NCBI GenBank assembly: GCA_040756875.1
Contig: JBFLYH010000001.1
Span: forward strand, 448,001 to 512,000
Direction: 5' to 3'
Origin: a candidate division FCPU426 bacterium
GTDB taxonomy: Bacteria; Oederibacteriota; JAAXVQ01; JAUVAV01
Length of the DNA: 64,000 nucleotides
The notes below the pieces were generated by a model. That model was not told where the DNA came from. It made no database searches and saw nothing but the letters and a program-made list of their open reading frames with translations. Below are positions 12,601 through 23,603 of this stretch, piece after piece. The position numbers and the translations under genes are program-made. Each line of letters starts with the position of its first letter. Position 1 is the stretch's first letter.

Positions 12601-15600
12601 TCACGACCACGCCCACGGATACGGATACGCCGACCCGGACTTCTACCGTCACGCCCACGGACACGGTCACCAGCACCATGACCCGCACGCCCACGCCTAC
12701 GATCACATTGACCGACACGCCCACGTTGACGATCACTCCGACGTATACTTCCACTTATACCGATACGCCGACCTTTACGGCTACGCCAACCGTTACTCCG
12801 ACCTTTACCATGACCGCGACGGATTCCGCGACTCCCACAATCACGCCGACCGCCACGGATACCTACACCATTACGTTCACTTCGACATCGACTTTCACGC
12901 CCAGTATTACGCCGACCATGACCATGACCCCGGTCTTGAGCCCGACTTCCACGCCCACGGTGACCGTGACCCATACGTGGACTGCCAGTCCTACGGCCAC
13001 CCCCAATCCGGCTTTCACTTTCTACTATGGCTCGCTGATCATTCCCATGGACACGGCCTCCGGCCGCACCAACCAGGACCGCGGCATGTGGCGGGCATAC
13101 GGTCTGGTCTACCGTCTGCTGTCGAACGGAATCCCAGTGCACTGGGCGATTAAATCCTATAAAACGTATGAGGAGACGGACTTTACCTGCACCCAAACAC
13201 GCGACATCCGGACCCTGGCCAATTACACCAACCCCAGCTATAACGGCGGGCCATTCGTGATCGAAGCCGGCAACTCCACGGAGGCCGTGGCCCTCATCAC
13301 GGCCTGGAACCTGGGGCAGACGAACATCGTGCAGGTGCACCAGTACACGGACAACACCCAGCCGTTCACCGCGCCCATTTTCCGCAAACTCAAGGCCGCC
13401 CCCAAGCTCGCGATCTATCACAATTCCGACCCGCGCGACACCTGGACTTCGGCGCGCAATTACTTGAATGCCGCTGGAATCCGCGATACCAACGGCAATA
13501 ATTGGCCGGATACGTCGCCAGATGTGCTGGATGAAGCGGAAATGGCCGGACCCACGACCAGCAATCATCATGACGGCGCCCTGTTCCTGTCCGCGGACGG
13601 ATTGCCCAAGTACAGTCTGCTCATCAACATGCACTGGAGCGCCTACCCAGTCGGCCGCTATGGCGGAGGCGGGGGGATCGATTACTATGAAGGGCTGAAT
13701 AACGCCCAAGCCACGGCCAATGCGGCTGACAGCGTGGCGGAGCTGGCAACCTACCTGACTTATGGAAGCGCGCACGTTTACGCCCAGTGCATTTCCGTGG
13801 CAGCCTTCGAGAACGATATCATTTCGACCACGCCGACGGCGCAATCCGATTGGATTTACGGGGGCTACGGGCGCTGGCTGACCACGAACGGCGTCAATGA
13901 CACCAGCACGATCCCGACGGATTTCCACAATAACCTGCCGGACGCGCCGGCCGGGCAGGCAACCGGGGCCTGGACTTATCTGCCTTCCTCGTCGCAGGCG
14001 GCGTTCGGCCTGGCAGCCGGGAGCACCTTCTACGGCGGCGAATCATCTTTGCTCGTCATTGACCGCAACAGCACCACCTATCCATACCTGTTCATGAACG
14101 GCCATTATCAGGGGATCACGAGCGCGGGCAAGGCATCGTACCTGATCGGGCACGAATCCAGCTATTCACTGCCGTATTCGACGAATAACCGCGCGCCGAT
14201 GATGCGGTATTTCTACAACACCATCTATGAATCCCCGGCGGCTTCAGAAGCGGTACCGGAAATGTATTTGGAAAAAACCGGCCCGTCCGAGGCGGAAATT
14301 GGATCGAGCATTACGTATACAATCACCTATCACAACGTATCCGGCGTGGCTTACAACGTCTCACTGATGGATCCCTACCCGGCCTCGGCGACTTATGTGT
14401 CGAACACAGGCGGTGGCGTGCCGGGCGGCGGCCGTGTAACGTGGACACTGGGGAACCTGGCAGCCGGAACGACTGGCAGCGTAACCGTGACCTACAGCCT
14501 GCAGGATCCGGCGCCGCAGACCGGCTGGACCGATCAGGCCAATGTTGTGTATTTCTCCGGGCCGACGCAGTTCACGCGCTACTCCAACGTCGTGACCACC
14601 CTGGCTGTGGTCTTTACGCCCACACCGACCGTCACGTCCACAGCCACCCACACCGCGACCAGCACAGCCACACCGACCATGACGGACACGCCCACGGCCA
14701 CGGTGACCAGCACGGACACCGAGACCCCCACGGATACACCGACCATCACTCCCACGGACACGGATACACCGACGATAACCGAAACGCCGACTGAGACGGC
14801 CACACCGACTGAAACCTCGACCGACACCGCCACGCCGACTGAAACAGCCACGCTTACCGTCACGCCGACATTTACGACCACTTCAACCGAAACGCCGACG
14901 GATACACCGACCGACACGGCCACAGCCACGGAAACGCCCACGATCACTCCCACGGCGACTTCGACGTTCACCTATACCGCCACCGCCACTCCGACGCCGA
15001 CCGATACCTTCACTGCCACGGCCACGGAAACGCCGACGTACACGTCCACTGCGACTTCCACGCCCACGTTCACGGCAACCGATACGCCTACCGCCACCGC
15101 GACGGTTACTTCGACCTACACCGTGACGCTGACATCGACCATATCGCCCACACCCACGGATACGCCGGAATTGACCGCCACGCCGACGGATACTGAGACC
15201 CAGACCAGCACCGTCACGCCGACGGCCACGGTGACGCCGACAGCGACGGACACGCCCACCGAAACCGCCACGCTGACTTCCACGCCCACTGATACGGAAA
15301 CCGCCACGGCTACAGTGACAGTCACATCCAGTTCGACCTCGACCTGGACGCCGACTGACACGCCGACTGACACGCCTACCCAGACCAGCACCGCGACGCC
15401 CACGGATACAGCCACCGAGACGGAGACGCCGACCTTGACTGTCACTCCCACGGAAACGGTTACGCCCACGCCTTCGGAAACCTTGACGCCGACCGCCACC
15501 CTGACCATCACCTTGACCGCGACTCCGACTGTTACGGCCACCGAGACTTGGACGGTGACCGAAACCTGGACTTCGACTCAGACCTACACACCGGCGGAAA

Positions 15601-16091
15601 CGTTTACCCCCACGCTGACGCCGACCCAGGTTGATTCGCCAACCTCAACATCCACACCCACCATTACGGAAACCAGCACGGCCTCTGCCACCTGGACCGT
15701 CAGTCCGACCATCACCTTGACCGCTACCTGGCAGGCATCAGCCACGCCTACGTCCGTGATTGGTCCCTGGACCCCGACCAGCACGCCCACGCCTACACTT
15801 ACACCCACTGCTTTCGCCGGGCCGGAAGAACCTCTGATTTATCCCAATCCGTTCAATCCAGGGGCAGCCTTTGGCAATGCCCTGAAATTTGATCACTGCC
15901 CGCAGGGAACCAAGATCCGTATATTCACTGTTACCGGCGAATTGGTCAGGAAATTCGAAAGCACAGGCAACAGGGTTCTCTGGGACGGCAAAAATACTCA
16001 ATCCGAGGATGTAGTTAAAGGCATATATATTTACATTATTGATCTGCCGCAGGGAGACAGAAGAGTAGGAAAAATATTCCTGGTTCGCTAA
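9669..16091 (+). CDS. Tandem paralog of 4129..9558 with longer Thr/Pro stalks and T9SS-type CTD
   Basis: Same domain order and long identical peptide stretches. ATG 9669 (MKRFNRII..., signal peptide) is preferred over TTG 9633. C-terminus LIYPNPFNP...LWDGKN...KGIYIY...KIFLVR. Confidence 0.85.
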   Translation: MKRFNRIIGVVGWLVAGISLASSLQADTFTENFTSTTFKDESQTSALWDTTGSGELRLYSTDTFSRPSGVINWGGQINTIRENSGYWLLGGNGGRLNSYNGTSFTNLSDSLEGFSGNNILTIGYGNGYWLIGGSGQKLNQFNGTVFTDYSSSLVNWSGADVRAAAYGAGTDNFWLVLGSNGKLNRYNGTSFADLSGSAGFWGSTTTGYAVAFNGTYWLLGGSNGYLVRYQSGTFTPLSAWGSGIVYSIAWDSSSSQWLIGGSGGRLLSYNGTSFTNQSGKVSTFNNIYKIAHNGSYWLLVGNDTTGASEVYSMSNDFATYYDRSANLVNMGASLPLYAVAGNSTEWLLGGAEAKLNNHTGSLSSTTFEDRSGNLVGFGIDDIYGADYNSTDRYWIFVGANKDINRYNGVSFEDMSNTLVGFSTSDAVRCVAYNSTGNYWLIGGANGRLNRFNGTSCTDLTSSLGFGAGVAVNAIRWNGSLWLIGGDSARLSSYNGTSFTSLTLNNFSPSGSGEAVRAIDSMSGYWLIGGANGCINRYNGTSFSDLRANLQATWGGYYNVNSISNDGTYFWVGGNSSQVANYLALVNIFQSYSSLAGQVFGTKHILSVYWSSTRNALFLGGQGATFAQLTLPDTIQDYSGELISFGASDINSVALGADAFMLSGVNARLNRYGPEYEQPKWGQSTIVATSPEFFYSVTLTATDDTPPGTSINYWMTANGQLPDPHAYWIQVTPGVATIFSGLYEGTRLKWKAELTTTNISDTPRVFQLNIEYYLPPTPTPTHTVTPTATQTPTDTATYTATPTTTPTFTPTPTDTFTSTDTPTITPTPTVTPTDTDTPTWTPTRTYTPTVTPTDTPTFTATPTDTYTSTATPTDTPTDTATWTYTPTDTPTFTATPTATPTATATFTATPTSTISPTSTMTPTDTDTPTITPTPTEIIFSATITPTSTISPTMTDTPTMTSTFTATPTDTDTYTATPTFTTTPTDTDTPTRTSTVTPTDTVTSTMTRTPTPTITLTDTPTLTITPTYTSTYTDTPTFTATPTVTPTFTMTATDSATPTITPTATDTYTITFTSTSTFTPSITPTMTMTPVLSPTSTPTVTVTHTWTASPTATPNPAFTFYYGSLIIPMDTASGRTNQDRGMWRAYGLVYRLLSNGIPVHWAIKSYKTYEETDFTCTQTRDIRTLANYTNPSYNGGPFVIEAGNSTEAVALITAWNLGQTNIVQVHQYTDNTQPFTAPIFRKLKAAPKLAIYHNSDPRDTWTSARNYLNAAGIRDTNGNNWPDTSPDVLDEAEMAGPTTSNHHDGALFLSADGLPKYSLLINMHWSAYPVGRYGGGGGIDYYEGLNNAQATANAADSVAELATYLTYGSAHVYAQCISVAAFENDIISTTPTAQSDWIYGGYGRWLTTNGVNDTSTIPTDFHNNLPDAPAGQATGAWTYLPSSSQAAFGLAAGSTFYGGESSLLVIDRNSTTYPYLFMNGHYQGITSAGKASYLIGHESSYSLPYSTNNRAPMMRYFYNTIYESPAASEAVPEMYLEKTGPSEAEIGSSITYTITYHNVSGVAYNVSLMDPYPASATYVSNTGGGVPGGGRVTWTLGNLAAGTTGSVTVTYSLQDPAPQTGWTDQANVVYFSGPTQFTRYSNVVTTLAVVFTPTPTVTSTATHTATSTATPTMTDTPTATVTSTDTETPTDTPTITPTDTDTPTITETPTETATPTETSTDTATPTETATLTVTPTFTTTSTETPTDTPTDTATATETPTITPTATSTFTYTATATPTPTDTFTATATETPTYTSTATSTPTFTATDTPTATATVTSTYTVTLTSTISPTPTDTPELTATPTDTETQTSTVTPTATVTPTATDTPTETATLTSTPTDTETATATVTVTSSSTSTWTPTDTPTDTPTQTSTATPTDTATETETPTLTVTPTETVTPTPSETLTPTATLTITLTATPTVTATETWTVTETWTSTQTYTPAETFTPTLTPTQVDSPTSTSTPTITETSTASATWTVSPTITLTATWQASATPTSVIGPWTPTSTPTPTLTPTAFAGPEEPLIYPNPFNPGAAFGNALKFDHCPQGTKIRIFTVTGELVRKFESTGNRVLWDGKNTQSEDVVKGIYIYIIDLPQGDRRVGKIFLVR

Positions 16092-16239
16092 TAATTTCCA
16101 CGAAAATTTCAACCCGGAATAATCGTCTGACAGCCTATTTTTATGGATAAAACGGCTTGTAAATGCTGATATTTTAATGATTGCCGGTTAAGTGCAATGA
16201 ATACACACCGAAAATAAATGAATGAATCCTAGTTTGCGA

Positions 16240-16267
16240 TTGACATATAAGGCTAATCCTTTATAAT
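16240..16267 (+). promoter_or_regulatory. Consensus sigma70 promoter
   Basis: Exact TTGACA (16240-16245), 16-nt spacer, exact TATAAT (16262-16267), upstream of the 16.3-23.4 kb genes. Confidence 0.7.
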
Positions 16268-16327
16268 GATAGATTGTTAATTCCACATTGAAGCAGAATG
16301 TCAAATAATTTGAAAGGAATGAGACCT

Positions 16328-19300
16328 ATGCCGCTGAAAAACGGTCTTCAACGCCTTCATTTCATATTTACCCCGCTTTTATTAATACCACTGCTGCTGG
16401 CTTCTTCAGCTCAGGCGACCACACAATTCTTGGTCGTGGCGCCTGGCCAAACCTATAACGGCAGCACCCCGCGTTCAGGTTCGCCCAATACCCAGGTGGC
16501 AGGGGAGACATTCTCGATCTCCGTGTATTGCTACGACAATGTCGACAACCTGCCCCGTAACAGCGGCTTGAACCCCACGGATTTATCCTCGAATGCTGTG
16601 CTTGAAACCTTCAACCCGGATCCAGCCACCTTGAACCAGTCTTATGGCGGCGTGTCGAACGCATTGTATACGCCGATTACCGTCAATATCACACCTGCTG
16701 CCACGGGAAATGTGAATGTGACAGCCAATGCCAGCGGCGGCATTTTAGCTGACACGATTTCGATTCCCGTCCAGCGCGTGACCAATTTCGTCTTTACGGC
16801 TCTGGGTCCTTATACCGCCGGCTCAAACGGCACGCTCACCATCGAAGCCCGGGATGCCAGCAACAATCTGTGCACGGCCTATAACGGCACTGTGCACCTG
16901 TATGCCTATGACGCAGGTGTGAATGGAACCACCCGGGATTTGGGCACAGTCAGCTTTTCCAGCGGTGTTTATACCACCAGCACCCTGCTGCTGTACCACG
17001 CCTCGCCGGGCTATGCGCGTATCCGGATCGAAAAAACCAATTCACCGACCGCCCAGTATTCGCCCTCGTTCACCATCAATCCCAATTCCTTTACCCGTTT
17101 GCTGATCATCGGACCGGGCCAGACCATCCGCTGCGGGGAAAACGGCGGCAACGGACGGGCCAGCACTTCCACCACCACCACCGGCCAGACTGCAGGCACG
17201 GGTTTTTCAGTCAATGTGTATGCTTGCGATGATTATTGGAACACCCGCACCGCCGCTTCGACGGTATCGCTGTCCTGCGCCGAGGATCCCATCTTTTCCT
17301 ACGGCGGATCGCAGTCCTTTGGCGGCGGCAGCACGCTGACCTTCGGCGGCGTGACCATGTACACCGTGGGCGACGGTACGCTGACCATGACAGCCAGCGA
17401 CGGCAGTGCCACCAACAGCACGGACAATGTACCCTTGAGTTCTGCTGACTTGGACCACTTCGGCGTGAACAACCTGTCTGGCACCAAAACCGCGGGCACG
17501 GCTTTCACCCTCCAAATAACGGGTTACGACGACTGGGGCAATACAGTCACCACGGTCAGCGGCAACACAACTTTTGAATTGCTGCAGGTGGCCACGCCCA
17601 TTTCCAACACTGCCGGCGCCTGGGTGACCGCGCCGACCGTAGCCAGTGGCAGCTTCACGAGCGGCCGCTACAACGGCACCATGACCATATACCGGGCAGG
17701 CATCAACTACGATGTCCGCATCAGCAATGATTCAGCCGGATTCAGCGGGCCTTTGACCACAACCTATGATTTCACGGTCAACCCGGCTGCTACCTTGCGT
17801 TATTTGTTCATTATGCCCGGCGAAACCTATTGCCCGGGCGAAGACTACGGTCTGGGCTACGGGCACGACGGTACGCCAACGGATGTGACTGCCGGAGTAT
17901 TCCGGTCTGTCAGCGTGTATGTTACTGACTTGTTCGGCAACCGGGCGACGACCTATAACGGCAGTTTCAGCGTATCGCTGCTGCGCACGGACGCCGGCGC
18001 TTCTTTAACTCCGGTTGCGATTTCCGGTGGCTTGGGCTGGGTGAACATGACCCTGACCCGCGCTTATTCAGGCGCCACTCAGCAGCAGTTGATCCCCTCG
18101 GGCGGCACGCCTCTGGCTTTATCGTCTTCCTTATTCAACGTAATATCAAACACCCTGGACCATTTTACTGTCGGCAACATCGGCTCCTCGGTTACGGCCG
18201 GGAACCCCTTCAATGTCAATATTTCAGCCCGGGATGCGTATGAAAACGTGGTGACTTCGTTCTCGGGTCCGGTCTATGTATCCTGCCCGAACCTGGACTA
18301 CCGCAGCCCGGATGACAGTGTGATCGACATTTCCGCATATGGCACGGTGTCAGGCGTGACCTGGACAGTAAGCAGCGGATTCGCCAGCGGCGTGTGGTCG
18401 CATAACATCCAGATTTTCCGCGCCGGGAGTTCGGCAGCCCTGTATGTGGCTGACCAACCCAATGGCACTGGCCATAAAGGCTGGAGCAGCACTTTTCAAG
18501 TTGTGGCGAACGTACATTCCAAGGTGTTCATGATTGTTCCTGGTTTGGAATATAGACCCGGAACCGGCGGCGGGGATGGCATCATGACCGGCGGCTATGC
18601 CGGCACGCCGGATGCCCAGCAGGCTGGCACCGCGTTTTCCGTGACTGTTTACGCCACGGACGATTGGTGGAACCAAGTCAGCTCGTTCGGGCCGTTTACC
18701 ATGTACAGCAGCCCCAACACCTCGAATATCTACGGGACCAACTGGAATTTTAATAATGGGAACACGCGGGTGGCGGTCGTGCTGAATGACGCGGACACAT
18801 ATACACTGACTGCTGATTATGGCATTGACGGCATTGACGATTATACGACGCCCTATACCATCACTTCCATTACCATCAACCGCTTTGTCATCACTTATCC
18901 TTGGACCGGAGGCCCCAGTTTGCCGAATGTCCGGGCCGGCGTACCGATATTCATCTCAATCACAGCTTATGCTGATGCCGGGTCCACCATTGCCACCACG
19001 TTTAACGGCCAGGCCAATCTGGTCACGACCGCAGACTGGGAAGAACCTTTCCGCGTCATTAGCCCCCAGCGCATCACATTTGCGAGCGGTGTCTGGTGGG
19101 GTTATATCACCTTGTATCGCGCTTTCGACAATATCACCATCTCCTGTAAGTTGGGTAGCGTCCCCTCGAATATTCCCAATAACCCGTCAATCTGCCATGC
19201 GGCTGCCAACCGTATGCTGATCCTGGCCACGGGCATGAACGCCAAAGCTGGCATTGCACCAGACACCTATCCCACAGGCGGATTCCCCGGATATACTGGA

Positions 19301-22117
19301 AATCCGGCGACTCAGGAAGCAGGCGTGGGATTCGACTTTAAAATCTTTTTATGCGATGACTATTACAATGTCATTACACGTACCGCGGATGGCGGCGGTG
19401 ATCAGATCCAGGTGACATCCTCGGATCCGTATCCTGCTTCCATGGGGATCATCGGCAATGATTACTCCTCATTGCCAAGAAACGTTAATCTTGGGCCAGT
19501 GGGAGTCAATTCACCGCAGGATCCCGGTTATCCGTACGGCGGATACCGAACGACTAATTTCCGACTCTATACAGTCGGCACCAATGCCTATCAGACCGTC
19601 ACGGTAACGGATCTTACAAATGGCAGCGTGACGCCGTTTACACTGGGCGGCGGCGGCATCCCACCGGTCAATGTCCGGCATAACTCGTGGCTGAGCAGGT
19701 TCCAAGTGGATATCACTTCGGCGGATAAAACCGCGGGCGTGGCGTTCCCCTCCACGGTGACTGCGCAGGACATGTACGGCAACACCATGGACAACCGGAA
19801 CAGCGCTACGGCTTTCCCGTCGACGAACAATGTTACCTTGTCCACCGGTTCTGGCACGAATACGCTGTATCCGGTCACGGTTCAACTGCCATACAACGGA
19901 GTAGGGTATCCCTCCCTGACCTTATATAAAGAGTATGTATTGAATAACGTCACTGCCACCTACACCTACCTGACCATCACGGCGTCAGGCACATCGACAA
20001 ATATGGATGTGGATGCGAATACTTTTGCCCGCCTGATTCCGCAGGTGCCCAGTATGGATGTGCAGACCGGCGGCGGCCGCTATACCGCACCGAATCCCAG
20101 CGCCGGGTTTATCGGCTATCAAGGATCACCCAACGTTCAGACCGCCGGCACCCTGATCAACAACTTCCGGGTTTATGCCTGTGACGCCTACGGCAATATC
20201 GCGGAAGGCCCGACGGATTTGGTGTACATCAAATCCACCGACCGTTTCGGCCCCAGCCCGCGGCCAGTGGCCATCAATGGCATCAGCGGGTATGCTGATT
20301 TTTCAGCAGCCAATGGATTCGCTTTCCACACGGCTGCCGAATCCAGCCAGGGTGATACGCCGTTCACCATAACAGCGTATGATATCTTGGAAACCATCCG
20401 GGGCGTAACGCGCACAGCCGGAGCTTCGGACACGTTGTCAACCTCCAATGTGGTGGATTTGCTGGGCGTGACCTTTAACGCGGTCAAGAATTTCGATTTC
20501 CGCCAAAGCGGGGATGCCATCGAATGGCTGACCAGCAGGCAGCCTGCTGCCGGCCAGCTCTATCAGCTGCGTTGGGTGTACCGCAATCCCTCGGGCATCA
20601 CGGATGGCACTACGCCTGGAATTTATGTCAACCCGAGTTCAGCCTATGGTCTGGTGACCGTTGTGCCTGGACAGGCATTGGTTGAAGGCAGCGGCAACTC
20701 GAATATGTCGAGTGGAATCGGCGGCGTAACAACCGGCGGTTGGTACAGCGGCGTCACGCCGACCGAACCGCCCTATGGCACGGTATCCAACGCTTTCTCG
20801 GCTGATCCGGAAATTTCCGGCGCGGCTTTCGGGGTGACAGTGGCTGCTACCGACCAGTTCGGCAACATGGTCAGCAATTCAGATCCCATCGAAGTCCGGA
20901 CCACGAATGAAACCGATCCCTTGGGTGTGCCTGATGTTTCCGATCCTATCGTGGCCGCCCTTACTTTGGGGAAGGTCTGGGTGGAATCTACGCTTTATAC
21001 CCTGGGCCAGTTGACAATCTTCCCGTGGGATACCAATGCCGGAAGCAGTTACATGAACCATCTCCAGGAATCCCGATCGGATATCCAGGTCGTTTCCTTC
21101 GGGGAAACGCACTTTAAAGTCTGGGTCAATGGTGTGGAGCAACCCGGCCCGGTCAGCGTACAGGCCGCGCCTTCGACCTTTACAGTTAAAGTGGAAGTTC
21201 GCGACGACACGTCGCAGAAAGTCGTCCGCACGGCCAATGTGAACTTTATCCTGGAGGTGTTCACCAATCCGGCCACCAGCACGCCCGGCTCCGGCACGTT
21301 GAACGTGACGTTCGGCCAGACCATCGGCGGGGAAATGGTGATTTCCAACCAGACGTACACCGCGGCGGAGACGATCTACATCCGGGCGAGGAACTCAGTG
21401 CTGACTTCGGACCGTCCTACCATGGGGTATTCTCCGGAAGTTCGCGTGGGCGCTTCGGGCGTGAGCCAGATTATAATGAGTTCGGACGCCCGTTATGTGC
21501 GCACGGCCAACAATGTGCCTGAATACCAAATCCTGGCCAATCAAACCGCGCAAATCACCGGCCGGGCGGTGGATATCAACGGGAATCCGGTGGCTGGCAT
21601 CGGGCTGTTCTTCTCGCTGGTTACGGGTTCTGAGGCGGCCACCTTGGACGGCGGCCTGCCCCAGCCGATTTACAAGACCACCAATGGTAACGGCGAAGCC
21701 CTGGTTTCGTTTGAGGCCGGCGCGAGGAACCAGAGTGTGACCGTGGAAGCGGCTGAAAACACTGCGGCCGCGGGCGTCACTGGGGATCTGATCATGGGGA
21801 TCACCGTGACCCAAGAAGGCGGCGTATATCCCAACCCCTTCAACCCGCTGGATCCCTCGCAATGGGCCAATATCGACTACTTGCTGCAGCAGAACGCTCG
21901 GGTCAAGATCAATATCTACACCTTGATGGGCGATTTGGTCTGGAGCCGAGAATATCCGGCCGGTTCTTCGGAAGGTTCGGCCGGAGTCCGCACTATCCGC
22001 TGGAACGGCCGCAATGACCAGGGCGTCACCGTAGCCAACGGCGGCTACATCTGCGTGATCAAAGTCAATGATCAGGAGAAATACCGCTTCAAGATTGGTG
22101 TATTCAAACGCAAGTAA
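16328..22117 (+). CDS. Very large secreted multi-Ig-like-repeat protein with C-terminal FlgD-Ig/T9SS-type domain
   Basis: Signal peptide (ATG 16328 follows AAAGGA; the ORF is open from 16298); recurring motif ..PG.....G.P..Q.AG..F.V.V.A.D...N; C-terminus VYPNPFNP...IYTLMGDLV...WNGRNDQG..VANGGYI...KIGVFK. Confidence 0.8.
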   Translation: MPLKNGLQRLHFIFTPLLLIPLLLASSAQATTQFLVVAPGQTYNGSTPRSGSPNTQVAGETFSISVYCYDNVDNLPRNSGLNPTDLSSNAVLETFNPDPATLNQSYGGVSNALYTPITVNITPAATGNVNVTANASGGILADTISIPVQRVTNFVFTALGPYTAGSNGTLTIEARDASNNLCTAYNGTVHLYAYDAGVNGTTRDLGTVSFSSGVYTTSTLLLYHASPGYARIRIEKTNSPTAQYSPSFTINPNSFTRLLIIGPGQTIRCGENGGNGRASTSTTTTGQTAGTGFSVNVYACDDYWNTRTAASTVSLSCAEDPIFSYGGSQSFGGGSTLTFGGVTMYTVGDGTLTMTASDGSATNSTDNVPLSSADLDHFGVNNLSGTKTAGTAFTLQITGYDDWGNTVTTVSGNTTFELLQVATPISNTAGAWVTAPTVASGSFTSGRYNGTMTIYRAGINYDVRISNDSAGFSGPLTTTYDFTVNPAATLRYLFIMPGETYCPGEDYGLGYGHDGTPTDVTAGVFRSVSVYVTDLFGNRATTYNGSFSVSLLRTDAGASLTPVAISGGLGWVNMTLTRAYSGATQQQLIPSGGTPLALSSSLFNVISNTLDHFTVGNIGSSVTAGNPFNVNISARDAYENVVTSFSGPVYVSCPNLDYRSPDDSVIDISAYGTVSGVTWTVSSGFASGVWSHNIQIFRAGSSAALYVADQPNGTGHKGWSSTFQVVANVHSKVFMIVPGLEYRPGTGGGDGIMTGGYAGTPDAQQAGTAFSVTVYATDDWWNQVSSFGPFTMYSSPNTSNIYGTNWNFNNGNTRVAVVLNDADTYTLTADYGIDGIDDYTTPYTITSITINRFVITYPWTGGPSLPNVRAGVPIFISITAYADAGSTIATTFNGQANLVTTADWEEPFRVISPQRITFASGVWWGYITLYRAFDNITISCKLGSVPSNIPNNPSICHAAANRMLILATGMNAKAGIAPDTYPTGGFPGYTGNPATQEAGVGFDFKIFLCDDYYNVITRTADGGGDQIQVTSSDPYPASMGIIGNDYSSLPRNVNLGPVGVNSPQDPGYPYGGYRTTNFRLYTVGTNAYQTVTVTDLTNGSVTPFTLGGGGIPPVNVRHNSWLSRFQVDITSADKTAGVAFPSTVTAQDMYGNTMDNRNSATAFPSTNNVTLSTGSGTNTLYPVTVQLPYNGVGYPSLTLYKEYVLNNVTATYTYLTITASGTSTNMDVDANTFARLIPQVPSMDVQTGGGRYTAPNPSAGFIGYQGSPNVQTAGTLINNFRVYACDAYGNIAEGPTDLVYIKSTDRFGPSPRPVAINGISGYADFSAANGFAFHTAAESSQGDTPFTITAYDILETIRGVTRTAGASDTLSTSNVVDLLGVTFNAVKNFDFRQSGDAIEWLTSRQPAAGQLYQLRWVYRNPSGITDGTTPGIYVNPSSAYGLVTVVPGQALVEGSGNSNMSSGIGGVTTGGWYSGVTPTEPPYGTVSNAFSADPEISGAAFGVTVAATDQFGNMVSNSDPIEVRTTNETDPLGVPDVSDPIVAALTLGKVWVESTLYTLGQLTIFPWDTNAGSSYMNHLQESRSDIQVVSFGETHFKVWVNGVEQPGPVSVQAAPSTFTVKVEVRDDTSQKVVRTANVNFILEVFTNPATSTPGSGTLNVTFGQTIGGEMVISNQTYTAAETIYIRARNSVLTSDRPTMGYSPEVRVGASGVSQIIMSSDARYVRTANNVPEYQILANQTAQITGRAVDINGNPVAGIGLFFSLVTGSEAATLDGGLPQPIYKTTNGNGEALVSFEAGARNQSVTVEAAENTAAAGVTGDLIMGITVTQEGGVYPNPFNPLDPSQWANIDYLLQQNARVKINIYTLMGDLVWSREYPAGSSEGSAGVRTIRWNGRNDQGVTVANGGYICVIKVNDQEKYRFKIGVFKRK

Positions 22118-22153
22118 GCGAAACCCTATATCGAGAAAGCAGGTGACTCGAGC

Positions 22154-23404
22154 ATGACTAAATTGATCAGCCGGATAATGATGGGCTTGGCGCTGTGCGG
22201 ATTTTTGGCCGGGTGGGTTCAAGCCGGCACCGGAGACCACGGATTGCCGGGAGAATATCTCACCTACGATATTGGCGCCAGGGCGGCAGGCATGGGCGGT
22301 GCCATGACCGGGCTGGCCGACGACGTCAGCGCCATTTTTTACAACCCAGCCGGGCTGGCTACTCAGAATCCCATCCAGTTCGGACTTCAACACGTCATTC
22401 TCTTCGAGGATACGATGTTTGATTTCCTCGGGTTCTCGATGCCCATCGTGGAGATCGGGACCGTCGGCCTCGGCGTGGTCATGCTGAATTCCGGCGGGTT
22501 TGACACCCGTGACGACCGTTATCGCCCCAATCCCACGGGTTTTACGAATTCCATGAGTCAAATGGGCGTCTGCCTGAGCTATGCCCGGGATTTAATGCCT
22601 AGTCTGACTGTGGGCGGCAACATTAAAATTGCCTATGAAGATATGTTTGGCCATACTGGCACAGGTGTGGGTTTGGATTTGGGCGGGCTTTACAGCGTTA
22701 TACCTGAATTGCAAGTAGGTTTGTACCTCAACAACATCCTGACTCCGACAGTTTTGGGCGATACTTATCCCGGCAGCGTCACTTTGGGTTTGGGCAGTCA
22801 TTTATTCAATGACGATCTCCTTCTGGATGCGGATATCAGCAAAACCTTAGCCAATCAGGGAATAAAATGGGAAGTGGGCGGCCAGCTGGACGTCTATGAG
22901 GATATGGTGTTCGTCCGGAGCGGATTGGACGATGAAATGAAGGTTCACCTGGGAGCAGGCGGAAAATATATGAATATCACCCTGGATTATGCGATGAGCC
23001 TCGAAGCACTGGGGCTGGCGCACAAGATTTCACTGGGTTATTCCATGGGTGGTTTCGAAATGACACTCAAGGCTTCGCCGAAGATATTCTCACCGGTTGG
23101 CATCAAGAAGGTCACGACCTTCGCCATCCGGGCGGTGTCCAAGTATCCGATCCGTGAATGGGAAATGAACATCAAGGATCAAAACGGCGACATCGTCCGG
23201 TCGTATTCCGGCGAAGACAATCCGCCGAACCAAATCGTTTGGAACGGCAAAGATGACCGCGGCCTGCCCGCGCCGGACGGCAATTTCAGCGCGCAATTGG
23301 TGATTACCGATTCGAATGGAAAGGTGATCAAGTCGAATTTTGAATCGGTGAGAATTCAGAGCGCGGTGCCGCTGGGCGGTGAAGGCGGTTTGGAACTAGA
23401 GTAG
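22154..23404 (+). CDS. PorV/PorQ-like outer-membrane barrel with C-terminal FlgD-Ig-like domain
   Basis: Signal peptide; GARAAGMGGA...IFYNPAGLA; barrel end LDYAMSLEALGLAHKISLGY; then IFSP...WEMNIKDQNGDIVRSYSG...IVWNGKDDRG...PDGNF. Confidence 0.8.
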   Translation: MTKLISRIMMGLALCGFLAGWVQAGTGDHGLPGEYLTYDIGARAAGMGGAMTGLADDVSAIFYNPAGLATQNPIQFGLQHVILFEDTMFDFLGFSMPIVEIGTVGLGVVMLNSGGFDTRDDRYRPNPTGFTNSMSQMGVCLSYARDLMPSLTVGGNIKIAYEDMFGHTGTGVGLDLGGLYSVIPELQVGLYLNNILTPTVLGDTYPGSVTLGLGSHLFNDDLLLDADISKTLANQGIKWEVGGQLDVYEDMVFVRSGLDDEMKVHLGAGGKYMNITLDYAMSLEALGLAHKISLGYSMGGFEMTLKASPKIFSPVGIKKVTTFAIRAVSKYPIREWEMNIKDQNGDIVRSYSGEDNPPNQIVWNGKDDRGLPAPDGNFSAQLVITDSNGKVIKSNFESVRIQSAVPLGGEGGLELE

Positions 23405-23603
23405 GCCGCCGGCTCCTTCGGATATTTGCCCTGCAGCAGCGAAACGTATGGAATTTGACCGCAGGCTGCTGGTTTGGCCGGCCGGGGTTGAAGTCCGTAT
23501 GGGGTCTCTCCCACCGACTTGGCCGAAAAATCAAGCTGAATGATAGAATCGGCAGTTGGCTGGCCGGGGGCTTCATCATTCTACTTTAAAAGGGGAACGC
23601 CTT

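Noticed and set aside
4129-16091. Diversity-generating retroelement (TR/VR pair) behind the near-identical segments
   Set aside because: No reverse transcriptase in the window, mismatches are not adenine-specific, and both copies are in full-length paralogous genes.
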